64,000 bases of DNA from a virus. The notes beneath the pieces are model-generated. The model made no database searches, had not been told where the DNA came from, and saw only the letters and a program-made list of their open reading frames with translations. The stretch covers positions 1 to 64,000 of the IMG/VR virus record IMGVR_UViG_3300027747_002198; one strand, 5' to 3'. Below are positions 37,547 through 47,968 of the stretch, piece after piece. Every line of letters starts with the position of its first letter. Position 1 is the stretch's first letter. A program made the position numbers and the translations under genes.

Positions 37547-38617
37547 ATGGGTGTCAATTATAATTATAGCACTATAATGAATGGATTAACAGTTTGTATT
37601 GATGCCAACAATCCAAAAAGTTATTCTGGCTCAGGCAATACTTGGATTGATTTGATTAATAAAAACGCCAATTTTAATCTAGCAAATACTCCACCATATA
37701 CTCCGGCAAATACAACCAATGGAGCTCCAGCATATTTTAGTTTTTCAAATGTTGATGTTACTGGTGCAAACACGTTAACGTATGCAACTACCGGTAATAC
37801 AATTTGGCGTGGCACTGGATTGGATTATAATTTAAATATTGGAAAAATTGGAAGTACAAATTGCACCATAGAAATTGTTTGGCGACTTACTGCTTATCCG
37901 GCACCTGGCGGTACATTTTATATGATTGATGCAACAACTGCCGGTGATGGACTTCAATTAGTTTTTAGTAATACTGGAACTACTTACCAATATGGTAATT
38001 GGCGCTGGGCAAATGGTGGTGGAATAATTAATTATTATAGTAATTCTAATCCAACGGCTTTGGTACCTTTAGGTGTTTGGCGCCACGACATACTATCGTA
38101 TAGCCTTGAGAATGGAAGTACTTGGCGAATCAATGGAGGAAATAACAATTTATCAAATAAAGTTTTAGATCGTGGTACTGTTGTTTCAGCAACTGGCGGA
38201 AATTCTGGTGTTGCCAATACTATAACATTGCCGGCCAATTTTTCATCCGCCAATACTGATTATGTGAATGATTATGTTTCTATTCTTACAGGAACAGGAT
38301 ATGGAGATGTTATCCAAATTACTGCTTATGATGGTGTAGCCAAAATTGCCACGGTTTCTCGTAACTGGAAATATGGAACACCGGATACAACTTCAACATT
38401 TCAAATTTGTGTTCCGGGTACATCCGTAAACGTAGGGCGAAACAATAGTAGGTTTGCAGCTATTGGTACACAAGCGGTAGCAAGATATCAAGATCAATTC
38501 ATTGGTGATATTGCTCTAGTGCGTATGTGGAATCGTGAGTTAACCGACTTTGAAGCAAAAACGAGTTACAATATTTTAAACAAAAAATTTAATTTTGGTT
38601 CTAACGTTACTTTCTAA
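37547..38617 (+). CDS. Concanavalin A-like lectin/LamG-domain protein
   Basis: GLTVCIDANNPKSYSGSGNTWIDL N-terminus and FIGDIALVRMWNRELT C-terminus. Confidence 0.75.
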   Translation: MGVNYNYSTIMNGLTVCIDANNPKSYSGSGNTWIDLINKNANFNLANTPPYTPANTTNGAPAYFSFSNVDVTGANTLTYATTGNTIWRGTGLDYNLNIGKIGSTNCTIEIVWRLTAYPAPGGTFYMIDATTAGDGLQLVFSNTGTTYQYGNWRWANGGGIINYYSNSNPTALVPLGVWRHDILSYSLENGSTWRINGGNNNLSNKVLDRGTVVSATGGNSGVANTITLPANFSSANTDYVNDYVSILTGTGYGDVIQITAYDGVAKIATVSRNWKYGTPDTTSTFQICVPGTSVNVGRNNSRFAAIGTQAVARYQDQFIGDIALVRMWNRELTDFEAKTSYNILNKKFNFGSNVTF

Positions 38618-38619
38618 AA

Positions 38620-39375
38620 ATGTCTTTAACGCACTCTCCCACCCTCGCAAATACTGGATTAGTAATTTGTTTTGATCCTGGAAATAATAGGAGCTTTATT
38701 CCGGCCACAAGTACAACTACATGGATTAATATAGTTAATCCATTTCAAACAATTAATGTTGGTAATAATATTTCTGCTGATTTAAGATTAATTAGTAACA
38801 ATTGTTATCTAAGTGCAAATAGCGGAGGAACATTTGTTTTTGCAAATAACCAAATTACAGGCGTTAATCAGTACATTACTACTACAGGAATTCCCGATTC
38901 TTTTTGGCAAGGCAGTTATACAATATCCGCTTGGGCATATTTTAATCAAGTGAATAAAATTGGACGCACACCAACTGGAGGAAACGATTGGCCAAATACT
39001 TTAATTGCTCACGGGCAAGGTGTTACTGATTCAAGTTTTTCTATTGGCGAAAGATTTGGAAAATTAAATTTTGGATTTTATAATGATGATTTTAATAGTG
39101 CAACCACACTTTTACCGAACACTTGGTATAATTTAGTTGGTACTTATGATTCTTCTACATCCACAAGAACAATGTACATTAATACAATTTATGATAGCTC
39201 AAAATCTGGAGGTGCTTATATTGGTACAGGAAATAATACTATAATAGCCTCCGGTACAAATTCATATTATCAATTGTATGGAAATCTTGGTAGAATTGAT
39301 ATATACAATCGAGTGTTAACGCCAACAGAAATCCAAAGATATTACTTGACAAACAAAAGTAAATATGGATTATAA
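38620..39375 (+). CDS. Concanavalin A-like lectin/LamG-domain protein
   Basis: GLVICFDPGN..SF, YTISAW, NTWYNLVGTYD, IYNRVLTPTEI...KSKYGL. Confidence 0.8.
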   Translation: MSLTHSPTLANTGLVICFDPGNNRSFIPATSTTTWINIVNPFQTINVGNNISADLRLISNNCYLSANSGGTFVFANNQITGVNQYITTTGIPDSFWQGSYTISAWAYFNQVNKIGRTPTGGNDWPNTLIAHGQGVTDSSFSIGERFGKLNFGFYNDDFNSATTLLPNTWYNLVGTYDSSTSTRTMYINTIYDSSKSGGAYIGTGNNTIIASGTNSYYQLYGNLGRIDIYNRVLTPTEIQRYYLTNKSKYGL

Positions 39376-39381
39376 AAAAAT

Positions 39382-39663
39382 ATGCAAAACCCTACAACTT
39401 TAATTTTTGATATTTCTGAATTAGATAAAATTGATTCAACTAAAATTCTTTGGCAAAACATTAGTAATGATAATACTCAAGTAATGATTGCTTGGGAAGG
39501 TGACACACCGGACTTTGTTAACAATTTAACAACTAAAGGTGATTTTTTATCTTATGATGAAGCCACCACATTTGTTCAACAAAATTTTCACAATTGGGTA
39601 AAAATGCAAACCGCAACCGCAATAAGAAATGAAGATGGTAGTATCACTTATACTGACGAATAA
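39382..39663 (+). CDS. Hypothetical protein
   Basis: 93-aa ORF in the operon (SELDKID, WEGDTPDFV). Confidence 0.6.
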   Translation: MQNPTTLIFDISELDKIDSTKILWQNISNDNTQVMIAWEGDTPDFVNNLTTKGDFLSYDEATTFVQQNFHNWVKMQTATAIRNEDGSITYTDE

Positions 39664-39666
39664 ATA
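39659..39666 (+). promoter_or_regulatory. Late promoter candidate
   Basis: AATAAATA overlapping the upstream stop, 28 nt before the ATG at 39695. Confidence 0.45.
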
Positions 39667-39694
39667 CCACAGTACAACACAAGAATAGTAAAAA

Positions 39695-42600
39695 ATGGCA
39701 TATACCGATAAGAATATAGTAATTACACCCAATTCAGGATCGTCCACCGATGATCCTAAGATTGTTTTTACTTCAGCCAATAACACTATTGGTCCTCAGA
39801 GTATTACGCTTAGGACTTATCCTACGTCTAATGGGCTACTATCTTTTGAAAGTTCTGTTGGCCAATTATTCTCCATTAGTAATACCCTCACAGGTACCCT
39901 TTTCTCAGTTAATGATATTTCTGGTATTCCTAGTATTACGGTACAAGATACTGGTCAAGTTAACTTATCACCATATAACGGTAACGTTATTATTGGCACA
40001 GCAACGACCAATACTTCACCAGCAACCGCTAGCGCCCTTTTAGTTGTAAACGGCATGCATTATGCCGACCAAGAAATTGTGGCCAATAACGGCGTTATAG
40101 TTAGAAATGATAATAGAGATTTTACTGGTCTACAATCAAAAGTGGTGTGGCGTAAATATTCAACTTCTGGTTATGTATCAGTAAACTCAGAAGAAATGAC
40201 GGCCAATATTGCTGCGGCTTCATTAGTATCATCAGGAACATTTACTGCGGTTCAACAAAATATTGCAACTGGTTTTGGTAGCAATTATCTTATGGAAGTT
40301 GCTGGTTATTTTTACGCCAATACGGCAGGTGTTTATTCTTTTGGTGTTAACTCAGACGATAACTCAGATTTATTTGTTGATGGCAAACTAGTTGCAGATT
40401 GGTTCACATCAGGTGGTCACGGCGCAGCCGCATCGGGTACTCCTGGTGGCACACAAAGAACTGTTTATTTACAAAAAGGTTTTCATAGAATTTATGGAAG
40501 ATTAGTTCAAGGTGGTGTTGGTGAATCTTTAGAATGGTTATTTAAAAATCCTGGTGATACTAATTTTACTGTAATACCGGCAGGATTATTATACCACCAG
40601 GCAACCGATTCAATAATAGCCACGGCAAACGGAATTAGTATTACAGGCTTTGCTATGTCCAATGTTATAGCCGGTAACGTTTTGACTTCTAATGTGTTAA
40701 CAAATGGAGCAGAATTAACTCTTGGTGTATCTAGTGATACCTGGGGTCCAATATCTTTAAGATTACAAAATAGAGATAACCAAAACGGACCTTTATTTGA
40801 TGCTTCACAGAGTAGAGTAGCATTACTTGATTTTGGATTTAAAACGGCAACAGCACAAAAAAATATTCGATATGAAACTAGACCAACATATTCTATTATA
40901 CCTAATCAAACTACAGTAAATGAATTTCAAATTGGTGTACCAGGTAGTGCAGATTTAGCTATTGGAAATACTTCTGTTTATGTAAGACCAAGTACAGGAA
41001 GTACTCCTTCTACCAATACAACTTCGGGTGCTTTAATCGTTGCTGGTGGTGCAGGTATTTCTGGTAACATATATACTGCTGGTGTATACATTGTAGGTTC
41101 AAGCAATGGCGTAACTTTTGGTGATGGTACAATACAAACCACTGCGGTGTTAATTGACCAAACGGCAAGAAATTTAGCAAATACCACTGCTGGCGGTTTA
41201 ATAACTGCTAATGCAAATTCATTTTATATTAAAGCAGGATTGAATTCAGCCAATGCTAATATTATTTCTTTACAAACAAAAGCAAATACTTTATTACCAA
41301 ATATTGGTTCAGTAATTACAATAAATTCGGCATCACAATTATATGTTTCTAATAATCAACCAGGATTATCTTCTGCCGTAGGAGCCTTAACGGTTATGGG
41401 TGGAATTGGTGCGCAAGATAACGTATGGATTGATGGTAATTTGTCTATTACTAATCCTATTCCATTAATACAATTTACCGGATCAAATAGTTACGTTGCA
41501 TATACAGGTACAAATAATTTAACTTCTTGGGATCAAACACCAGTTCGTTATACGTTTACCAGTGATAATGCTCCACAAGGAATAACATTTAAACCTGACG
41601 GTACTGTAATATACATTGTTGGTACTACTGCACCACAAAGGGTGTATCAATTAAGATTGAATAGTGCATGGGATCAAAGCACTGCAATTAATACGGCAGC
41701 TTTTTCAGTTGCAACTCAAGATACTTCACCACAAGATATTTGGTTTAAACCTGATGGTTCAGAAATGTATATTTTGGGTAACACCAATAAAAGAGTATGG
41801 CAATACCATTTAAATACACCATGGGATATTAATACCGCCTCATTTATTGTAAACTCAAACACCGCTAACGGATTATTACAAACACAAGATTCAACTGTGA
41901 CGGGTTTGACATTTAAACCTGACGGCACTCAAATGTACGTTAACGGTTCAAGTAACAATGCAGTGTATCAGTATACATTAAGTACTCCTTGGAGTGTGAA
42001 CACCGCAACATACACAACAAACACACAGGTTGCCGGCATAACAAGTACCGCTTTTTCTACAGTAGCAGGAACATCTGTTGCTCATGCTTTTAATACTGAT
42101 GGTACCAGAATGTTTGTTGCTGGTACTGCTTATAGAGATATTGCTGAATTCAATTTAAATACCGCATGGAACGTAGCAACATCAAGTTACAGAACAAGAA
42201 GGAACGTTTATTGGGAAGATACCGGTATATCTGGAATGTATTATACCGATACGGCAAATTCTTTGTATACAATTGGTACTGCAACCAGAATAATATTTCA
42301 ATATACAACAAATAGTACTGCAGCAGAAACTATAGCCGATAATACGGTGTTAACCGGTAACACAACGGCTAACGGTTCTTTGTTTGTTGCTGGTAACTTT
42401 AAAGCCGATGGTAATGCTCTTTTTCCATTATCGTTAACAGCATTCACAACATCAGTTACCGGTACATTGACGGCTAGTGGTACATTAACGGCTACCGGTG
42501 CACTTGGTTTAAACGGCTCTGCAACTGGTGGTGTGAACCTCGGCACTTTAGTAACAACTGGTAACTTTACTGTTGGTACTACGTTGACAACAGGAACTTT

Positions 42601-43183
42601 CCTTTATGGTGGTGTATCACAAACCGGTAACACAGTATTTGGAAGATCAACACTTACAAGTAACCTTGAAATTGCTAACGGTATAGTAATTGCCGGTAGT
42701 ACCAAAACTGTTGGTATAGGAAACTACGGTACTACAGGATCATCCACAGTTATTAACATTGGTGTTGGTTCTTTAGGTAACACAACAATTAACTTTGGTG
42801 GTAATACTAATCCGGGTAATACAGTAGTTAACTTTGGCCAAAATACGGTAGTATATACAAACTCAGTATATGCAACAACAACTACGGGTGCAATCTATAC
42901 AGATAACTTGAGATATGCTTCTAACGGAACTCCATGGGTAATGGGTTCTGGTGGCGGTAGTTCTGTATCTACATATAGCACAACGATTGGTGACGGAACA
43001 AATACCAAGTATCAAGTGTTACATAATTTAGGAAAATCTAATATTATTACAACTGTTCGTGAAACAACTTCAGGTAACGTAGTGTATCCTTCTTTACAAT
43101 ATGCAAATACTAACCAAATGAACGTGAGTTTTGTTTCTGCTCCAGCATCAAGTTTCTATACAGTTTCAATAATAGGATTCTAA
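39695..43183 (+). CDS. Multidomain receptor-binding fibre with a PA14 domain and beta-propeller repeats
   Basis: PA14 signature GYFYA..AGVYSFGVNSDDNSDLFVDG...LQKGFHRI; FKPDG...VYQY.L.TPW propeller blades; C-terminal TTIGDG...V.HNLG. Confidence 0.7.
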   Translation: MAYTDKNIVITPNSGSSTDDPKIVFTSANNTIGPQSITLRTYPTSNGLLSFESSVGQLFSISNTLTGTLFSVNDISGIPSITVQDTGQVNLSPYNGNVIIGTATTNTSPATASALLVVNGMHYADQEIVANNGVIVRNDNRDFTGLQSKVVWRKYSTSGYVSVNSEEMTANIAAASLVSSGTFTAVQQNIATGFGSNYLMEVAGYFYANTAGVYSFGVNSDDNSDLFVDGKLVADWFTSGGHGAAASGTPGGTQRTVYLQKGFHRIYGRLVQGGVGESLEWLFKNPGDTNFTVIPAGLLYHQATDSIIATANGISITGFAMSNVIAGNVLTSNVLTNGAELTLGVSSDTWGPISLRLQNRDNQNGPLFDASQSRVALLDFGFKTATAQKNIRYETRPTYSIIPNQTTVNEFQIGVPGSADLAIGNTSVYVRPSTGSTPSTNTTSGALIVAGGAGISGNIYTAGVYIVGSSNGVTFGDGTIQTTAVLIDQTARNLANTTAGGLITANANSFYIKAGLNSANANIISLQTKANTLLPNIGSVITINSASQLYVSNNQPGLSSAVGALTVMGGIGAQDNVWIDGNLSITNPIPLIQFTGSNSYVAYTGTNNLTSWDQTPVRYTFTSDNAPQGITFKPDGTVIYIVGTTAPQRVYQLRLNSAWDQSTAINTAAFSVATQDTSPQDIWFKPDGSEMYILGNTNKRVWQYHLNTPWDINTASFIVNSNTANGLLQTQDSTVTGLTFKPDGTQMYVNGSSNNAVYQYTLSTPWSVNTATYTTNTQVAGITSTAFSTVAGTSVAHAFNTDGTRMFVAGTAYRDIAEFNLNTAWNVATSSYRTRRNVYWEDTGISGMYYTDTANSLYTIGTATRIIFQYTTNSTAAETIADNTVLTGNTTANGSLFVAGNFKADGNALFPLSLTAFTTSVTGTLTASGTLTATGALGLNGSATGGVNLGTLVTTGNFTVGTTLTTGTFLYGGVSQTGNTVFGRSTLTSNLEIANGIVIAGSTKTVGIGNYGTTGSSTVINIGVGSLGNTTINFGGNTNPGNTVVNFGQNTVVYTNSVYATTTTGAIYTDNLRYASNGTPWVMGSGGGSSVSTYSTTIGDGTNTKYQVLHNLGKSNIITTVRETTSGNVVYPSLQYANTNQMNVSFVSAPASSFYTVSIIGF

Positions 43184-43184
43184 G

Positions 43185-44324
43185 ATGGCCAATACTTGGA
43201 TTATATCTCCAGATTGGCAAAACGAAATTACTGCTACAGTATACGGACAATTACCGGCGGCAGATAACAGTTCTATTGATACTGCAAACGTTGCCTTCTC
43301 ACAGTTACAAACTTTATTGAATAGAAGTGTTACTGCAAACACCACATTTTCTAACGGAATTGTATCAACTTATTCATTGGTGTATACTACTACTGGTGCA
43401 TATTCTGGTGGAGTCTTAGCGCCCAATGGCGATATACATTTTGTTCCATTTGCAGCTGCCAGAGGACAAAAAATATCAGCTGCTGGAGTAGTATCAACAT
43501 ATTCGCTAGTGTATACTGCTACTAGTGGTGCATATAGTGGTGGAGTCCTAGCACCTAATGGTGATATTCATTTTATACCAAGAAGTGCCGCAGTAGGTCA
43601 AAAAATATCAGCTGCTGGTGTAGTATCAACTTATTCATTAGTATATACAACATCTTCTGCTTATATTGGTGGAGTCCTAGCACCTAATGGAGATATACAT
43701 TTTATTCCAGCTAGTGCCAATAGAGGTCAAAAGATATCAGCTGCTGGAGTAGTATCAACATATTCATTGGTGTATACCACCAGTGGTGCATATTATGGTG
43801 GAGTATTAGCACCTAATGGTGACATACATTTTATTCTAGCTAGTGCCAATAGAGGTCAAAAGATATCATCTGCTGGTGTAGTATCAACTTATTCATTGGT
43901 GTACACCACCAGTGGTGGTGCATATTATGGTGGAGTATTAGCACCTAATGGTGACATACATTTTATTCCAAATGCTGCTAGCGTAGGACAAAAAATATCA
44001 GCTGCTGGAGTAGTATCAACATATTCATTAGTAAATACTGATACAAATGGTGCATATCAAGGTGGTGTATTAGCACCTAATGGTGATATTCATTTTGTTA
44101 TAGATGCTGCTAGTAAAGGTCAAAAAATATCATCTACAGGTACGGTGTCTACTTATTCTTTGGCGTATACTGTTGATAGTGCATATTATGGTGGAGTCCT
44201 GGCACCCAATGGAGATATACATTTCGTTCCATATGCTGCCTCAGTAGGCCAAGTTATTGTCACCGGTGCCGCACTGCCTTGGGATATTGGCACTTGTTGT
44301 TCACCATTTTTTAATAAGTTTTAA
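43185..44324 (+). CDS. Seven-repeat putative beta-propeller protein, paralogue 1
   Basis: 7 x ~43-aa repeat VSTYSLVYT-x-Y-x-GGVLAPNGDIHF-x-GQKISAAG; ends CSPFFNKF. Confidence 0.75.
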   Translation: MANTWIISPDWQNEITATVYGQLPAADNSSIDTANVAFSQLQTLLNRSVTANTTFSNGIVSTYSLVYTTTGAYSGGVLAPNGDIHFVPFAAARGQKISAAGVVSTYSLVYTATSGAYSGGVLAPNGDIHFIPRSAAVGQKISAAGVVSTYSLVYTTSSAYIGGVLAPNGDIHFIPASANRGQKISAAGVVSTYSLVYTTSGAYYGGVLAPNGDIHFILASANRGQKISSAGVVSTYSLVYTTSGGAYYGGVLAPNGDIHFIPNAASVGQKISAAGVVSTYSLVNTDTNGAYQGGVLAPNGDIHFVIDAASKGQKISSTGTVSTYSLAYTVDSAYYGGVLAPNGDIHFVPYAASVGQVIVTGAALPWDIGTCCSPFFNKF

Positions 44325-46520
44325 TTATGCCAACATTTTTAAACGATCCTAATTTTGTATCAGAAACTCAGCAGAGAGCTTGGGGAACACTCATCACAGC
44401 TAATAATAGTTCGATGGCAACTGATAGTTCTTCTTGGTTTTATGGTATGAAAGGATTGATTGATAAAAGCGTTCAAGCAGGTCAAGCATTTAGTAACGGA
44501 ATTGTAAGTACATATTCATTGGTATATACTGCGGCTCCTTCACATTTTGGTGGTGTTTTAGCACCTAATGGAGATATTCATTTTATTCCACAATCTGCTA
44601 CCAGAGGACAAAAAATATCAGCTGCTGGTGTAGTATCAACATATAGTTTGATATATACTGCTGGTAATGCATATCAAGGTGGAGTTTTAGCACCCAATGG
44701 TGACATACATTTTGTTCCATATAGCGGTACTGTTGGACAAAAAATATCAGCTGCTGGTGTAGTATCAACATATTCATTGGTATATACCGGTGGTTCTTAT
44801 AGTGGTGCAGTTTTAGCACCCAATGGTGATATACATTTTGTTCCAACTGGCGCTCCTGTGGGGCAAAAAATATCATCCGCTGGAGTAGTATCAACATATT
44901 CATTGGTATATACTGCTGGTTCATATTATGGCGGAGTTTTAGCACCTAATGGAGATATACATTTTATTAATTTTACTGCTTCTGTAGGACAAAAAATATC
45001 ATCAGCTGGAGTAGTATCAACATATTCATTAATTTCTACTGGAAATAATTTCTATACTGGCGGAGTTTTAGCACCTAATGGAGATATACATTTTATTTCT
45101 TATAATGCTGGACAAGGACAAAAAATATCAGCTGCTGGTGTAGTATCAACTTATTCATTAATCAATGCACCGGGTGCTGGTTATGCTGGTGGAGTCCTAG
45201 CACCTAATGGTGATATTCATTTTGTTCCATTTAGTGCTTCTGTGGGACAAAAAGTATCAACAGCTGGAGTAGTATCAACATATTCATTAGTGTACACAAC
45301 AGCTTTTGCATACGCTGGTGGAGTTTTAGCACCTAATGGTGATATACATTTTATTCTATATAATGCTGCCAGAGGCCAAAAAATTTCCACGCTGCCTGCA
45401 ATACCTTTTAGTTCGGGTGTTTGCTTATCACCATTCTTCAATAAGTTCTAATCATGGCAAATTATTCAATCGATCCCAATTTTGTAACTGAGGTTCAAGG
45501 TACCGCTTGGGGAACTTTACCTCAGGGAGATAATAGTACAATTGATTCTGGTGGAGTTGCGTTTGCAAACTTTCAAGATTTTTTAAATGAAGGTGTGAAT
45601 GGCGGACAACTTTTTAGTAATGCGGTGGTGAGTACATATTCATTGGTGTATACTGCTTCTACTGCATACTTTGGTGGAGTCCTAGCACCTAATGGTGATA
45701 TACATTTCGTTCCGTATGCTGCAACCGTAGGACAAAAAATATCAGCTGCTGGAGTAGTATCAACTTATTCATTGGTGTATACTGCTTCTCCTGCATATGG
45801 CGGTGGTGTTTTATCGCCTAATGGTGATATTCATTTTGTTCCATATTCTGCTAACAGGGGTCAAAAAATATCAGCTGCTGGAGTAGTATCAACTTATTCA
45901 TTGGTGTATACTGCTTCTACTGCATACTTTGGTGGAGTCCTAGCACCTAATGGAGATATTCATTTTATTCCACAAAATGCCAATAAAGGTCAAAAAATAT
46001 CAGCGGCGGGTGTCGTATCAACTTATTCATTGGTGTACACTACTACTAATGCACATGCTGGCGGAGTATTGGCAACCAATGGAGATATTCATTTTATTCC
46101 GTTTGGTGCCAATAGAGGTCAAAAAATATCAGCTGCCGGAGTAGTATCAACATATTCATTGGTATATACTGTTGCTAGTTCATATGGTGGTGGTGTTTTA
46201 GCACCAAACGGTGATATTTATTTTGTTCCTGCTTCCGCTACAGTAGGTCAAAAAATATCAGCTGCTGGTGTAGTATCCACATATTCATTGGTGTATACCA
46301 CTTCATTAGCATATTATGGTGGAGTACTAGCACCAAACGGTGATATTCATTTTGTTCCTTTTAGTGCTCCAGTAGGTCAAAAAATATCAGCTGCTGGAGT
46401 AGTATCAACTTATTCATTGGTGTATACTGCTTCTACTGCATATGTTGGTGGAATTCTAACTCCTAATGGTGATATGTATTTTGTTCCGTATGCGGCTCCA
46501 GTAGGTCAAAAAATAACACT
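43355..46520 (+). repeat. 21 coding repeats of ~126-132 nt across three genes
   Basis: Recurrent CAAAAAATATCAGCTGCTGG.GTAGTATCAAC.TATTCATT and GGTGGAGT..TAGCACCTAATGG.GATAT. Confidence 0.9.
44327..45451 (+). CDS. Seven-repeat putative beta-propeller protein, paralogue 2
   Basis: 7 repeats of the same unit; ends CLSPFFNKF. Confidence 0.75.
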   Translation: MPTFLNDPNFVSETQQRAWGTLITANNSSMATDSSSWFYGMKGLIDKSVQAGQAFSNGIVSTYSLVYTAAPSHFGGVLAPNGDIHFIPQSATRGQKISAAGVVSTYSLIYTAGNAYQGGVLAPNGDIHFVPYSGTVGQKISAAGVVSTYSLVYTGGSYSGAVLAPNGDIHFVPTGAPVGQKISSAGVVSTYSLVYTAGSYYGGVLAPNGDIHFINFTASVGQKISSAGVVSTYSLISTGNNFYTGGVLAPNGDIHFISYNAGQGQKISAAGVVSTYSLINAPGAGYAGGVLAPNGDIHFVPFSASVGQKVSTAGVVSTYSLVYTTAFAYAGGVLAPNGDIHFILYNAARGQKISTLPAIPFSSGVCLSPFFNKF

Positions 46521-46581
46521 AAATACAGGAGTGAATTTCAGTAAGGGCATTTGTATGCATCCTTATTTTAATAAATTTTAA
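45454..46581 (+). CDS. Seven-repeat putative beta-propeller protein, paralogue 3
   Basis: 7 repeats of the same unit; ends CMHPYFNKF. Confidence 0.75.
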   Translation: MANYSIDPNFVTEVQGTAWGTLPQGDNSTIDSGGVAFANFQDFLNEGVNGGQLFSNAVVSTYSLVYTASTAYFGGVLAPNGDIHFVPYAATVGQKISAAGVVSTYSLVYTASPAYGGGVLSPNGDIHFVPYSANRGQKISAAGVVSTYSLVYTASTAYFGGVLAPNGDIHFIPQNANKGQKISAAGVVSTYSLVYTTTNAHAGGVLATNGDIHFIPFGANRGQKISAAGVVSTYSLVYTVASSYGGGVLAPNGDIYFVPASATVGQKISAAGVVSTYSLVYTTSLAYYGGVLAPNGDIHFVPFSAPVGQKISAAGVVSTYSLVYTASTAYVGGILTPNGDMYFVPYAAPVGQKITLNTGVNFSKGICMHPYFNKF

Positions 46582-46609
46582 TTATAGTAACTTTGAAAGG
46601 TGGTTTACA

Positions 46610-47956
46610 ATGTATAATCGTGATAAAATTATAGCAACAATGCAAGAAATTTATGATGGTTCCAAATCTATTGCTCCCTATGTTTTAATTGCCCAACCAA
46701 GGCGTGACCTAAACGAAACTCCCGCACAAAATTTTGATGGTTATGATAACCTTCATGTGGATTTACATGGGTTCTCTCACGGTTTCGTGCATATTGGCGG
46801 AGAAAAAGTTGATGTGGCTCGCAATTATTTAATTGAACAAGCATTAGAAAGTGGTGCAAAATATCTTTTGTTTATTGGTGAAGATACTGTTGTACCATAT
46901 GACGCATTTAAAATTCTACACAAGACAGCAGAAGAAAATCCAGGTCAAGTTATTACCGGAGTTTATTATATTAAACTTTCTGATGCAATGATTATGGTTC
47001 GCAATAACGATTGGATTACTATACCAAATGTGGATCCAGGTCAACTACTTGAAGCATGGCAGACCGGTATGGACATTATGTTAATACCAATTGATTTGCT
47101 CCGTCAAATGAAAGAAGAAGAACCAGAACTTCCTTTCTGTTGTATTGGTGTAAACATTAACGATGAAATTCCGTTTATCGGTGAAGATAATTTCTTTGTT
47201 CACCGTCTACACAAAAGAGGCACAAAACTTTTGGTAAACACAGATGTTCAATGTCTACATATGGATTTGGCATCAGGTAAATACACAGCTCATCCTGATG
47301 TTGATTTAAGAAAATACTTTACAACAATTAAACCTACTGAGCGTTTAGTTTTAGAAGATAAAGAATACATTGACCGCAGGTGGTCCGACAGATTACCCGA
47401 AGGTACTGGTGGTTCAAATAGCCTGTTACAAAAGAAAATTGAAGAAGGTAATCCTATTAAATTTAATATGGGTTGTGGTCGTGATAGAATTGATGGTTAC
47501 ATTGGAGTTGATTTACTTGGTGCTGGTGCCGACATCAAACAAGATATTATGGAATTAAAACTACCAGAAAATTGTGCGGATGAAATTTTTGGTTCACATG
47601 TAATTGAACATATTCCACAACATCGTGCAATCGGTGTTTTGACATCATGGTATAATACTCTTAAAGAAGGCGGCAAATTAGTATTAGAACTTCCCAATAT
47701 TGAAGAACTCTTTAAAGATTTTGCCGAAGCCGATGATGCAAAACGATATGAAATAACCCTCTGTGTTTACGGAGCATATCTTGGGGAAATAACGCCAGAA
47801 AGCATTAAACATGGCCAAGAAAGTCCGCATGTTTGGGGTTATTATCCAAAGATATTATCAGAAATTTTAGAGAATATTGGATACAAAGAAATTCAAGTTT
47901 TACCTGTTAAAGGTGTTCATCCAGGTAAAAACTTCAGGATTGAAGCAATTAAATAA
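46610..47956 (+). CDS. Fused GT-A glycosyltransferase-like and class I SAM-dependent methyltransferase
   Basis: N-half VDVARNYLIEQAL...YLLFIGEDT, IGEDNFFVHRL...VNTDVQCLH; C-half FNMGCG..RIDGYIGVD, SHVIEHI, LKEGGKL. Confidence 0.75.
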   Translation: MYNRDKIIATMQEIYDGSKSIAPYVLIAQPRRDLNETPAQNFDGYDNLHVDLHGFSHGFVHIGGEKVDVARNYLIEQALESGAKYLLFIGEDTVVPYDAFKILHKTAEENPGQVITGVYYIKLSDAMIMVRNNDWITIPNVDPGQLLEAWQTGMDIMLIPIDLLRQMKEEEPELPFCCIGVNINDEIPFIGEDNFFVHRLHKRGTKLLVNTDVQCLHMDLASGKYTAHPDVDLRKYFTTIKPTERLVLEDKEYIDRRWSDRLPEGTGGSNSLLQKKIEEGNPIKFNMGCGRDRIDGYIGVDLLGAGADIKQDIMELKLPENCADEIFGSHVIEHIPQHRAIGVLTSWYNTLKEGGKLVLELPNIEELFKDFAEADDAKRYEITLCVYGAYLGEITPESIKHGQESPHVWGYYPKILSEILENIGYKEIQVLPVKGVHPGKNFRIEAIK

Positions 47957-47968
47957 TAAGAGGAAAAA

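Noticed and set aside
43355-46520. CRISPR-like periodic repeat/spacer pattern
   Set aside because: Units are in-frame coding repeats of about 129 nt with synonymous variation inside three ORFs; no cas genes or leader
43185-46581. Diversity-generating retroelement target
   Set aside because: No reverse transcriptase or non-coding template repeat in the window; variation includes indels and is not visibly adenine-restricted
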